From an uncultured archaeon (GTDB taxonomy: Archaea > Iainarchaeota > Iainarchaeia > Iainarchaeales > VGJJ01), in the NCBI GenBank assembly GCA_964427715.1, contig CAYRUV010000001.1, forward strand, positions 124,125 to 188,124: 64,000 nt of DNA. Direction: 5' to 3'. Positions 1-8,643 of this stretch are shown piece after piece (the first letter of the stretch is position 1; the number at the start of each line of letters is the position of its first letter). The translations under genes and the position numbers were made by a program. The notes under the pieces are model-generated. The model saw only the letters and a program-made list of their open reading frames with translations, had not been told where the DNA came from and did not search any database.

Positions 1-20
1 ATTTCCTATCCGGCCGGAAC

Positions 21-230
21 TCAGCGCTTCTTGACTTCGGGAAGTATGTCCACGTCGGATCCCGTGTCTTCTTTAATCCAGTATCGCGAGGATCCCACCA
101 ACTGCCCCACTGGGACGGGTTCCATGAAGGCGACGTGTGGGGTCAATACGACCTTCCAGTCGTCCGTGTGTACGAAGAATGATGCCTGGGTCTGGTCGAA
201 CTCCTAAGGCTCGATTTCTCTTTCCGGCAT
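21..230 (-). pseudogene. 70-codon ORF interrupted by an in-frame TAG at codon 9 (MPEREIEP*EFDQTQASFFVHTDDWKVVLTP...EVKKR)
   Basis: Manual translation. ATG at 230 is preceded by an SD-like CAGGAG and a TATTTAA box at about 247-253. TAG at 206-204, then 60 open codons to TGA at 23-21. Confidence 0.4.
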
Positions 231-285
231 TCTCCTGAGAGTGGCGTTAAATACTATTGAATCCTACTCCCTTTGGGATGGGAAA

Positions 286-867
286 ATGAGGCTCGAGAAG
301 GGATTGGTTCACGTCTACACGGGTGATGGGAAAGGCAAGACGACTGCTTCCTTAGGATTAGCTCTACGGGCCATGGGCCACGGCCTAAGCGTGTATATGG
401 TCCAATTCATGAAAATAGGATACACAGGGGAAGCTCTTGCGCTGCGTAAGTTTGGTTTGCCGATGAAGTTTGAAAGCTACAACGTAATCTGCAAGAACCA
501 GGCGCAGCATGATGAGGAAATTGAGAAGGGCACGTTTGCTGGATATTGTCGGGATTGTTTTGTCCCCAATCAGTATGATTCAGTAATGGCCGATAAAGCG
601 TTTGAGGATGGAAAGAATGCCGTCCTTTCTGGGATGTATGATTTGGTGGTGTTTGACGAGTTGAATGTGGCGATGAACATGAAGTTGCTCTCCGTGGAGC
701 GAGTCCTTTCCATGCTGGAGCAGAAACCCTCCCACACGGAAGTGGTGTTGACGGGACGCAATGCTCCGGCGGAAATTCTCAAGGTGGCCGACTATGTCAC
801 CGAGATGGGACTCAAGAGGCATCCCTACATGAAGCAGATTTTCGCGCGAAAAGGAATTGAGTTCTAG
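286..867 (+). CDS. cobO: cob(I)alamin adenosyltransferase, CobA/CobO/BtuR family
   Basis: VHVYTGDGKGKTTASLG P-loop, VQFMK, LVVFDE, VLTGR, C-terminal RKGIEF. Start reassigned to ATG 286. Confidence 0.9.
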   Translation: MRLEKGLVHVYTGDGKGKTTASLGLALRAMGHGLSVYMVQFMKIGYTGEALALRKFGLPMKFESYNVICKNQAQHDEEIEKGTFAGYCRDCFVPNQYDSVMADKAFEDGKNAVLSGMYDLVVFDELNVAMNMKLLSVERVLSMLEQKPSHTEVVLTGRNAPAEILKVADYVTEMGLKRHPYMKQIFARKGIEF

Positions 868-876
868 GTCCTCCCC

Positions 877-1260
877 ATGTCGACATTCATCCCTTCCAAT
901 CCCTACGTGCTGACCTCCATGCGTCGCGGGGGCCTCTCGGGAAAAGTATCGTACTTGACGATTCGCCGCGAGGGAAAGAAATATGCGGCGACGTTTGGGA
1001 ATTATTCCATGAACACTCCAATCGGGGTTTCAGAGAAAAATGCACGCCTCCTGGAGGACACTCTAAAAAAGATAGACTGGTCCTCTCTCCCGAATGAGGA
1101 TGGTTCTTCCGGGTATGATTTGTCCATTTGGTCCGTGGTCGTCATTCAGGATTCCCACGAGTGGCGTTTCAGTGTGCGGAGTGAACAGGCAGCCTCCTTC
1201 CATCTGGAAGCCCTTCAGTTCGTGCTGGATGGGATTGTGGCGGGCACGAATACCCTCTGA
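877..1260 (+). CDS. hypothetical protein
   Basis: 127-aa ORF 9 nt downstream of cobO on the same strand; no firm family motif. Confidence 0.6.
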   Translation: MSTFIPSNPYVLTSMRRGGLSGKVSYLTIRREGKKYAATFGNYSMNTPIGVSEKNARLLEDTLKKIDWSSLPNEDGSSGYDLSIWSVVVIQDSHEWRFSVRSEQAASFHLEALQFVLDGIVAGTNTL

Positions 1261-1352
1261 GGGGGGCTAATCGGCTATTTTCCCTTACCCCCTTGCCTGG
1301 CAGGGGGGGTGGCCTTTTGGTTAAAAACCCTTTGAGGGGAACCGTTCCTAGA

Positions 1353-1994
1353 ATGACCATTTTTGTGGATACGGCGAACATCCTCGAGGCCGAGCGTTGG
1401 CTCAAGCAGCCTTTTTTGAAGGGCGTGACGACCAATCCCTTGCTCTTGGCCCAATTGAAGGTCAAGGATCGCTTTGAGCATTTGCAGAAAATCAATCACT
1501 TGCTGAACAAGGAGCAAATCCTCATGGCGCAGGCCGTGGGGGAGACGCCCGATGAGTTGCTGGAGGATGCTCGGACCATCCATGAAGTTCTTCCAAATGC
1601 CATCGTGAAGATTCCTGCGGACACGAATGGGTTTTCAATTGCTCCCACTCTGAATCACGATAAGATTGAACTCTGCTTTACGGCCGTCTTTTCGGCCGCA
1701 CAGGGAATCCTCGCCGCGTTTGCCGGGGGACACTACATTGCCCCCTATGTTGGGCGTATGCAAGAGGCCAAGTTGGATCCCTGGGGGGAAATCGAAGAGA
1801 TGATGTCCGCATTTGAGGCTCATGAGTTGGATGCGCATGTTCTCGCCGCTTCGTTGCGTACGCCGCAGGATGTTTCGAAGGCATTCGCGTTGGGCTGTCA
1901 CATTACTGCTAAGCCATCCGTGTTGGATCAAAGTTTGACCCCCCCTCACACGGAGAAGATGGTCAAAGAGTTCAACAAGGCGCGTATCTTGTAA
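1353..1994 (+). CDS. fsa: transaldolase-family class I aldolase with fructose-6-phosphate aldolase (FSA)-type residues
   Basis: FVDTA, GVTTNP, Schiff-base VKIP, AQA (Gln), APYVGR (Tyr), VLAASLR. Start at ATG 1353. Confidence 0.8.
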   Translation: MTIFVDTANILEAERWLKQPFLKGVTTNPLLLAQLKVKDRFEHLQKINHLLNKEQILMAQAVGETPDELLEDARTIHEVLPNAIVKIPADTNGFSIAPTLNHDKIELCFTAVFSAAQGILAAFAGGHYIAPYVGRMQEAKLDPWGEIEEMMSAFEAHELDAHVLAASLRTPQDVSKAFALGCHITAKPSVLDQSLTPPHTEKMVKEFNKARIL

Positions 1995-2014
1995 AGGAAA
2001 AGGATTGGAATCGC

Positions 2015-3208
2015 ATGCTCATCGGAATCGTCGGAAAACCCTCGGCGGGAAAATCAACCTTTTTTGCGGCCGCCACGTTGATTGATGTGGCGCGTGCCCC
2101 GTATCCGTTCACCACCATCGAGCCCAACAAGGGGGTTGGGTTTGTTAGAGTTGAGTGTGCGGATAAGGATTTCAGCGTGCAGTGCAATCCCCGCTCTGGA
2201 TATTGTATCAATCACACGCGCTTCGTCCCCGTGGAACTATTAGACGTTGCAGGGCTTGTTCCGGGGGCGCATGAGGGAAAAGGATTGGGGAACAAATTCC
2301 TGGACGATTTACGCCAAGCGGATGTGTTGATTCACGTGGTGGACGCCTCCGGAAGTACAAATGAAAAGGGAGAGGCCGTTGAGAGTGGCTCCCACGACCC
2401 CTGCAAGGATGTTCGTTTCTTAGAGGAGGAGTTAGAATTATGGATGTTGGGCATTTTGGAGAATAACTGGGGAAAGTTTGCCCGCCAGCCTCTCCAGACG
2501 AAGCAGCAAATCATTGATGCGGTGTCCAAGGGTCTCTCCGGGCTCGGAATCAACGATGCGCAAGTGGATCAAGGACTGAACAAATCCAAGCTGATGGAGA
2601 AACGATTGAATGATTGGTCTCCGGAGGATAAGCGATCGTTCGTGCATCATTTGCGATTAATCTCAAAACCCATCGTGATTGCCGCTAACAAGTGCGACCT
2701 TCCGCACGCGCAACAAAACGTGGAGAAGATGAAGAAGGAATTCCCCCACTTGATGATTATCCCCTGCTCCGCCGAGGCGGAGTTGACGCTGAAGAAAGCC
2801 GCCAAGAATAACATCCTTGATTACACCCCCGGCGCGGAGAAATTTGAAATGAAAACCCAATTGAATGAGGCGCAGCAGAATGCCTTGAAGTACATTCAGG
2901 AAAAAGTCCTGACTCCCTTGCATGGTTCGGGTGTCCAAAAGGTGTTGGATGAAACCGTATTCTCCTCCCTCGGGTACATGGCGATTTTCCCGGGCGGAAC
3001 GAAGGGATTAACAGATTCGCAAGGGCGGGTCATGCCGGATTGTTTCTTGATGCCGCGTAACTCGACGACGTTGGATTTTGCATTCCGCTTGCATACGGAC
3101 TTCGGAAAACACTTCATCAAGGCCATTGATGTGAAAACGCGTATGTTGTTGGGAAAGGACCACGTCCTCAAGAATCGCGACGTGATTGAGATTGTGGCGA
3201 ACAAATAG
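2015..3208 (+). CDS. ychF: YchF/OBG-family ATPase/GTPase with TGS domain
   Basis: [45 protein letters not shown]-terminal TGS. Confidence 0.9.
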   Translation: MLIGIVGKPSAGKSTFFAAATLIDVARAPYPFTTIEPNKGVGFVRVECADKDFSVQCNPRSGYCINHTRFVPVELLDVAGLVPGAHEGKGLGNKFLDDLRQADVLIHVVDASGSTNEKGEAVESGSHDPCKDVRFLEEELELWMLGILENNWGKFARQPLQTKQQIIDAVSKGLSGLGINDAQVDQGLNKSKLMEKRLNDWSPEDKRSFVHHLRLISKPIVIAANKCDLPHAQQNVEKMKKEFPHLMIIPCSAEAELTLKKAAKNNILDYTPGAEKFEMKTQLNEAQQNALKYIQEKVLTPLHGSGVQKVLDETVFSSLGYMAIFPGGTKGLTDSQGRVMPDCFLMPRNSTTLDFAFRLHTDFGKHFIKAIDVKTRMLLGKDHVLKNRDVIEIVANK

Positions 3209-3244
3209 GGATAGGTTTTTCTTCCGCCTCTGTACATTCGTCTA

Positions 3245-3721
3245 ATGAATCGTTCAATTCTCGCATTGCTTATTTTTTCTATACTCTTTCTCGTGGGTTG
3301 CGCCTCTCCTCCGGCTGAATCGTCTCCGGTGGCGCCGGAGGGAATTGCCCTTCCTTCGGTGTGCGTGGATAACTCCTGCGTGGTGGTGGAAGTAGCTGAC
3401 ACTCCGGCAGAGCGTCAATGGGGATTAATGAATCGTTCCAAACTAGCCGAGGATGCAGGAATGATTTTCGTGTTTGAGGAGATGGGGATTCATTCCTTCT
3501 GGATGAAAAACACCCTTATTCCATTGGATGTGATTTGGATTGGGGATAATTTGCACGTGATGGAGGTTCAGTCCATGTCCCCTTGCGCGCAGGACCCGTG
3601 TCCCTTGTACACGCCCGCGTGGCCCGCAAAGTATGTGTTAGAGGTGAATGCGGGTTGGGCCGAGAAGAAAGGGATTGGTCCCGGGGAATTGGTCACGATG
3701 TATGGGATTCTTACCGAGTGA
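3245..3721 (+). CDS. DUF192 family exported protein (possible lipoprotein)
   Basis: Signal peptide with LVGC; VEVADTPAERQWGLM, FWMKNTLIPLDVIWI, YVLEVNAG. Confidence 0.8.
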   Translation: MNRSILALLIFSILFLVGCASPPAESSPVAPEGIALPSVCVDNSCVVVEVADTPAERQWGLMNRSKLAEDAGMIFVFEEMGIHSFWMKNTLIPLDVIWIGDNLHVMEVQSMSPCAQDPCPLYTPAWPAKYVLEVNAGWAEKKGIGPGELVTMYGILTE

Positions 3722-3722
3722 T

Positions 3723-4310
3723 TTACATCTCTGGGTTGGGTGCAGGTTCGGGGGATAATTCGAGGGTGAGTTCCACAAAGTTGTCCACGGCCTGATCCAA
3801 GAAGCTCTGTTTGAAGTTAACCAATAGGTGTTTGGCGGATTCCGGATTCACGAGCGTGAAGAATGTCTTTCTCCCTTCACGAGAACGCTGCAATACCCCT
3901 GCCTCCACCAGTTTGTCCAAGTGCCACGAGGTAGTGGAGGGGGACAGGTTGATTTCCTCGGCGATGCGCTCATTATTGGCTCTCTTCTCAGTGAGGAGAA
4001 ATAGGATAATTTTTCTCGTGGAGGCGTGGCGAAGGAACGCCATGGTTTGTTGCCCAATTTGAGTTTGAGGATGGGTCTCCACGGATTGCCCGCGCACGGA
4101 ATAATATCGAACGAACTTTCCTTCGGTCTGCGTGCGGAGAATGTGGTGTTTTTGCAAATAGTCTAAATGATACTGCAAACTCCCCACGGCCAAACCGGTG
4201 CGTCGCTGGATTTCTCGAAAGTGAAGACCGGGGGAAGCCTCAATCGTGTCGTAGATGCGCTTCCGCACGTCCAATTGGAGGGCCTTGGCGAACCCTTCAT
4301 CATCCGCCAT
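3723..4310 (-). CDS. tandem winged helix-turn-helix transcriptional regulator
   Basis: Two wHTH units (PGLHFREIQRRTGLAVGSLQYHL; NERIAEEINLSPSTTSWHLDKL). Confidence 0.8.
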   Translation of the reverse strand: MADDEGFAKALQLDVRKRIYDTIEASPGLHFREIQRRTGLAVGSLQYHLDYLQKHHILRTQTEGKFVRYYSVRGQSVETHPQTQIGQQTMAFLRHASTRKIILFLLTEKRANNERIAEEINLSPSTTSWHLDKLVEAGVLQRSREGRKTFFTLVNPESAKHLLVNFKQSFLDQAVDNFVELTLELSPEPAPNPEM

Positions 4311-4316
4311 ACGTGT

Positions 4317-4700
4317 TTACCCCTTTCTCGGCGCGAATATCGCGTAGGCAATCAGGGCAAGTGATGCAAGTTCGATGACGTTCTCGGCGTGATCCGGGAA
4401 AAATTGTCCGGAGCTCACGAATAGGTCCATGACTTTCAGCAGCCACTTGAATGCTAACAGTCCGAATGCGAGGGCAATCCATTTAATCTTCGGGTTCGGA
4501 TTGCGTCTCCAGGCGACAATTCCAATGAGGGCCACCGCGAGGGAGAATAGGAACACAATCACGCGCGTGATGAAATCAAACTGGGCGGCTTCGTTGGTGA
4601 GTACGCGCAGGGGATTGGTAATCACCTCAACCCACCCCATGGCGTGAACCGATGGAATGAGGGCCATCAACAGGATGAGGAATACAATGGGTTTGCGCAT
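4317..4700 (-). CDS. small membrane protein (signal peptide plus about 3 TM), co-oriented with the wHTH gene
   Basis: Start MRKPIVFLILL at 4700; hydrophobic segments; 6-nt gap to the wHTH gene. Confidence 0.65.
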   Translation of the reverse strand: MRKPIVFLILLMALIPSVHAMGWVEVITNPLRVLTNEAAQFDFITRVIVFLFSLAVALIGIVAWRRNPNPKIKWIALAFGLLAFKWLLKVMDLFVSSGQFFPDHAENVIELASLALIAYAIFAPRKG

Positions 4701-4972
4701 AGGGGAATCGTCTCCGCTCGTGATAACGTCCAGATGCCGTTCGTTCCTTTTAAGGGCGTGGGAAAAAATGAATGAGGGGGATCCAAATAGAATCCCCCTG
4801 CGTGAGGAGAGCGGTAAAGGCGAAAAAAGGCCCAACCTACACTCCCTTGTTCACGGGTTTTAATACCATTTTTGGTGCGACGCTCAACAAGTAAAACAAC
4901 CCTCGAATGGAGGGGCGACCCAGATTTATAAAGAGGGAACGATTGCCTTCCTCCATGAGAGGAGTGATTGGA

Positions 4973-6886
4973 ATGAATGCTAAGCCGATTCGTGGACAGG
5001 GAGCACTAGAATATTTACTATTGATTGGAGGGGCCGTCCTGGTAGGGACGGTTGTCCTGCTGATTGCGATAGGCTCCACGTCTTCCACGACGGGCATCAT
5101 CAATGATAACATTGACAATTTCACGGGTGAAATTTCACTCAATACAGCGTTTGGCGGGGGCGGCGGTCCTCCTGCTTCGGGTTGTTCCGGTGGCGCTCCG
5201 AATGGCACGTGTGATTCGGGAGAAGATAGTTCTAGTTGTCCTGCTGATTGTACTTCAGGGGCAGACAACAATCCTCCTTCAATTTCACTCTCTGCTGTTG
5301 ACACGACTGCTGGGGGACAGATTCAAGTGACTTACTCCGCAGTAGACTCAGTGTCTCCACCTACTTTGTCAGGTTTGGTCTATGATTCTTCCTTTTCGAC
5401 GATTAATGGGTTGACCTTGGCTACCTTCAATACGCATCCTAGCTATCAATTGCTTTCAACCAGTCCACTTATGGTGGGCGGGTTGACGGATGGCACGGGG
5501 TATTATTTCCGAGTCGCCTCATGTGATAGCCACTCTCCATTGAATTGTGCGTTATCCTCTACCTTTGGTCCGGTCGTTCCGACCACGGCGGGTCCGGGTC
5601 CAGCGTATTTGAGTGGTTTCACTGTTACTCCACAAGCCAACACGGCGGGTTTCGCCAATTATAATTATTCATGGACAGTCACTGATTCCCTTCCTGCAGC
5701 ATTCAAAAATCCGATTGCAGGAATTGTCCCATTAACATCTGCAGCGCCTGCCGGGTTGACCTTTGACGACGGTCCTGCCGTCACGAACAATTTCTATGCG
5801 GCACGAAACCCGGTTGCAGGGACAGCGGACGCGTTGACAGTATCGAGCGGTAATGGCACGGGAAAGATTTCCAATACGGCCATCAAGACCTTGTTAGAGT
5901 TATTTGGTGGAACGGGTGCATTTTTTGGTATTGCCTTTGAGCAGGTAGCTTTGCCTGGGAAGATGGAATTGTTTCTCCCTACTACTGCCAGTTCGTTCCC
6001 GCCTGACACGGAAGCTCCTTCCTTGGTGACATTGACGTCTGGAACTGGGGCGGGTAATGGGGGGCAGATTAGTCTGAGTTTTACCAACCCCAGCGATCAA
6101 TATCTTGGAACGACCTACACCACACCAGGTGGACTCTTGTCGAACCCCAAACAGCATGAGGTAGCGTGGTCTAATACGGCTTCGGACTTCACGGATTTCA
6201 CTACATTCAATGCGATTCCAGCCTCCCAGAAGAAGGTGAGTGTCAATGGTAATACGGCGGGCGCTCCTTGGTCTGATATCTTGAATTACAATAATGGATT
6301 GGTTCCTAGCTCTGCGGGCAACTTTGTCGGAGTCAAGGTCTGCGATCAGGCCGACACGATCACGGCGTCCATCTCTAATTGTTACGTCGTGAGTGGTGGG
6401 CCCTATACGGCCAGCAAAGAGTCAGTTAACAAGCAGTCCGAGGATCCTGCGGCTACTGTGACGTCGCTCATCTCGGACACAACCACCTACCCGGGTTTTA
6501 ATCTCTTGAAGTATTCGGGTTCTGGTTGTGGAGTTGCTGGGAGTAGTTACTCGATTCCAGTAACCTTCTTGCAACCGGCCAGCTCGGCTCCCACCTATCG
6601 TGTGTTCTTCCGTTATGGAAACCTCAATGGTGTTGGGGGTCAACGTGTCACGGCGCAGTTGGGCACAAGCAAAGCGTTTACATCACTGTCGACAACTTCA
6701 GGAACGAACCTCGTTTGGTCGAGTGCTATTTCACTTCCATCCGTTCCTGCTTCGACGAATTTGATGCTGTGGCACGGTACGTCGACTACTCCAACCTGTA
6801 CTTCAAATGTGTACATCGACCGTGTGATTGCTACCACTAGCCCGACGTGTGTTCCCACCCTGCCTGATGGGTCAGATTGTGCATAG
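4973..6886 (+). CDS. large surface protein with class III (archaeal type IV pilin-like) signal peptide
   Basis: MNAKPIRG/QGALEYLLLIGGAVLVG after SD GAGGAGTG; Cys-rich CDSGEDSSSCPADC motif; S/T/G-rich beta-strand repeats. Confidence 0.8.
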   Translation: MNAKPIRGQGALEYLLLIGGAVLVGTVVLLIAIGSTSSTTGIINDNIDNFTGEISLNTAFGGGGGPPASGCSGGAPNGTCDSGEDSSSCPADCTSGADNNPPSISLSAVDTTAGGQIQVTYSAVDSVSPPTLSGLVYDSSFSTINGLTLATFNTHPSYQLLSTSPLMVGGLTDGTGYYFRVASCDSHSPLNCALSSTFGPVVPTTAGPGPAYLSGFTVTPQANTAGFANYNYSWTVTDSLPAAFKNPIAGIVPLTSAAPAGLTFDDGPAVTNNFYAARNPVAGTADALTVSSGNGTGKISNTAIKTLLELFGGTGAFFGIAFEQVALPGKMELFLPTTASSFPPDTEAPSLVTLTSGTGAGNGGQISLSFTNPSDQYLGTTYTTPGGLLSNPKQHEVAWSNTASDFTDFTTFNAIPASQKKVSVNGNTAGAPWSDILNYNNGLVPSSAGNFVGVKVCDQADTITASISNCYVVSGGPYTASKESVNKQSEDPAATVTSLISDTTTYPGFNLLKYSGSGCGVAGSSYSIPVTFLQPASSAPTYRVFFRYGNLNGVGGQRVTAQLGTSKAFTSLSTTSGTNLVWSSAISLPSVPASTNLMLWHGTSTTPTCTSNVYIDRVIATTSPTCVPTLPDGSDCA

Positions 6887-6915
6887 TCCAGTTTGGGAAC
6901 AGAATACGATATTTT

Positions 6916-6960
6916 GAGGGGGGAATTTTCCCCCCTCCTATTTCATTTCTTTTTTTTCCC
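6916..6960. terminator. hairpin plus T-tract between convergent genes
   Basis: GAGGGGGG-AATTTT-CCCCCCTC perfect 8-bp stem (6916-6937) followed by a T-rich run. Confidence 0.5.
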
Positions 6961-6967
6961 GTTTCCT

Positions 6968-8263
6968 TTACGGAACGATCCTATTCATGGTTCGTGGGAA
7001 CCCGACGGCGTCGCGGATGTGGTCCATCTTGAATAACCACATGGTGAGGCGAGACAATCCTAACCCTCCACCCGTGTGGGGAACGCTCCCGTACTTTCGC
7101 AGGTCCACGTACCACTGGTAGTCTTTCTCTTTGAGCTTGGCCTCTTTCATTCTCGTTGAGAGTTCTTCATATGTCCAGCATCGTTCTCCGCTTCCGATAA
7201 TCTCTCCATATCCCTCTGGGGCGAGCATGTCGGCGCACAATACGGTTTCCGGTCGCTTAGGGTCGGGTCGGTGGTAAAACGGCTTGAGGACGGTGGGGTA
7301 GTGATGCACGATGATGGGTACATCAAAATCCTTCGTGATTTCCCTTTCATGCATCTCCTGCAGGTCGTCTCCCCATTTCAATTCGGGGAACTTCTTCTGG
7401 GCCACTTTGAACGCTTCATCGTACGTGAATCGTTGGAATTTGCTCTTGACGATCTTCTCCAATGTCTTCGGGTCGCGTCCGAAGTAGGCGAGTTGTTCCT
7501 TTCCGTGGTCCAATACATACTGGGCGATGAACTTGATCATCCCTTCTTCCCACTCTAATAGATCATCCAAGTGGGTGAAGGCCGTTTCCCATTCCGCGTG
7601 CCAGAACTCCGTCAAGTGTCTGCGTGTACGGGAGGGTTCGGCTCGGAAAGAGGGGGCGAGCGTGTAGACCTTTTCTAGTGCGTGCGCGTACACTTCCAGA
7701 TAGAACTGCGATGATTGCGTGAGGAATGCTTTTTTGCCGAAATAGTCTACCTCGAACAACTCGCTTCCTCCTTCTACTGCTCCAGAAACAAACATGGGGC
7801 ATTGGACTTCTAAGTAACCGGTCTTTTTGCAATATTCATGGAACGCCTCAAACACCAATGAGGAGGCCTTCATTCCTTGCTGCATTTTAGTTGAGCGCAG
7901 CCAGAGGTGTCGTACGTCGAGTAGGAATTCTTCCGAGAGATCCTTTCCGATGGGGAATTCTTCCCCTGCGTGCAAGACTTCGACTTTTTCCACCTGCATT
8001 TCTTTTCCGCCGGGTGCCCTTTCGTCGCTCTTGATGGTTCCCCATACCTTGATAGAGCTTTCCATCAACGCTTTGCGCGCACTCTCGTAGGCTTTCTTGT
8101 CCGTAATCGCTTCGCTCGAGAGGACGGCCTGAATTTCTCCGCTTCCGTCTCGTAGGAGCCAGATGAGGGTTCCCTTGAAATCCCTTTTTCGTTTGATCCA
8201 GCCCCATACCTCGGCTGTTTTGACTTCTTTCTTGAGTATGTCTCCAATCATGCTCCGTGTCAT
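6968..8263 (-). CDS. asnS: asparagine--tRNA ligase
   Basis: OB-fold GWIKRKR/LRDGSG; VEGGSELF; LTQSSQFYLE; FRAEPSRTRRHLTEFW; YGSVPHTGGGLGLSR. Confidence 0.85.
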   Translation of the reverse strand: MTRSMIGDILKKEVKTAEVWGWIKRKRDFKGTLIWLLRDGSGEIQAVLSSEAITDKKAYESARKALMESSIKVWGTIKSDERAPGGKEMQVEKVEVLHAGEEFPIGKDLSEEFLLDVRHLWLRSTKMQQGMKASSLVFEAFHEYCKKTGYLEVQCPMFVSGAVEGGSELFEVDYFGKKAFLTQSSQFYLEVYAHALEKVYTLAPSFRAEPSRTRRHLTEFWHAEWETAFTHLDDLLEWEEGMIKFIAQYVLDHGKEQLAYFGRDPKTLEKIVKSKFQRFTYDEAFKVAQKKFPELKWGDDLQEMHEREITKDFDVPIIVHHYPTVLKPFYHRPDPKRPETVLCADMLAPEGYGEIIGSGERCWTYEELSTRMKEAKLKEKDYQWYVDLRKYGSVPHTGGGLGLSRLTMWLFKMDHIRDAVGFPRTMNRIVP

Positions 8264-8517
8264 AGTGTATATCGCTCCCTGGGTTTGTTTATCGATGAAA
8301 AATCAGGCCTTTCGCGTCCAAACCTGCCAGGGCTTGGGAAAGGGGGCTATTGGGGGCGATTGGAGTTGATGCGTACAAGTAAAGCAGAGGGTGAAGCACC
8401 GGCTGTTTGAGTGAGTAAGGTACGCATCTAACCAAACTAGGCCCTTTAGGGTTTAAAATAGGGAATTGCAACCCGTTCAGAAGCCGGTATTAAATGGGAT
8501 AAAACCTCCCTGCTTGA

Positions 8518-8634
8518 ATGAAGAAGCCGGTTTCTAAGAAGAATGGAAAGAAGGATGAAGAGCCCAACCCCACCTTGCAAGGGAGAATCTTTCACATCTC
8601 GGGAAAGAAGCACCTGCCCAAGCGGAAGAAGTAG
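8518..8634 (+). CDS. 38-aa Lys-rich small protein below the ORF-track cutoff (MKKPVSKKNGKKDEEPNPTLQGRIFHISGKKHLPKRKK)
   Basis: Manual translation. TATTAAAT at 8488-8495 gives leaderless-type spacing; it fills the gap before the convergent aspS stop. Confidence 0.45.
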   Translation: MKKPVSKKNGKKDEEPNPTLQGRIFHISGKKHLPKRKK

Positions 8635-8643
8635 TGAATCCTT

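Noticed and set aside
865-879. Readthrough fusion of cobO with the in-frame ORF at 877
   Set aside because: RKGIEF is the canonical CobA C-terminus, and being in frame has a 1-in-3 chance.
4837-5304. Antisense ORFs inside major genes (also 41194-41649, 41833-42528, 2896-3402, 14823-15368, 43778-44371 and similar)
   Set aside because: They lie wholly opposite or out of frame to motif-supported CDSs and have no motifs of their own.
8325-8360. RNase P RNA 3' motif (AAAGGGGGCTAT)
   Set aside because: No matching 5' GAGGAAAGTCC-type segment and no room for the RNA.
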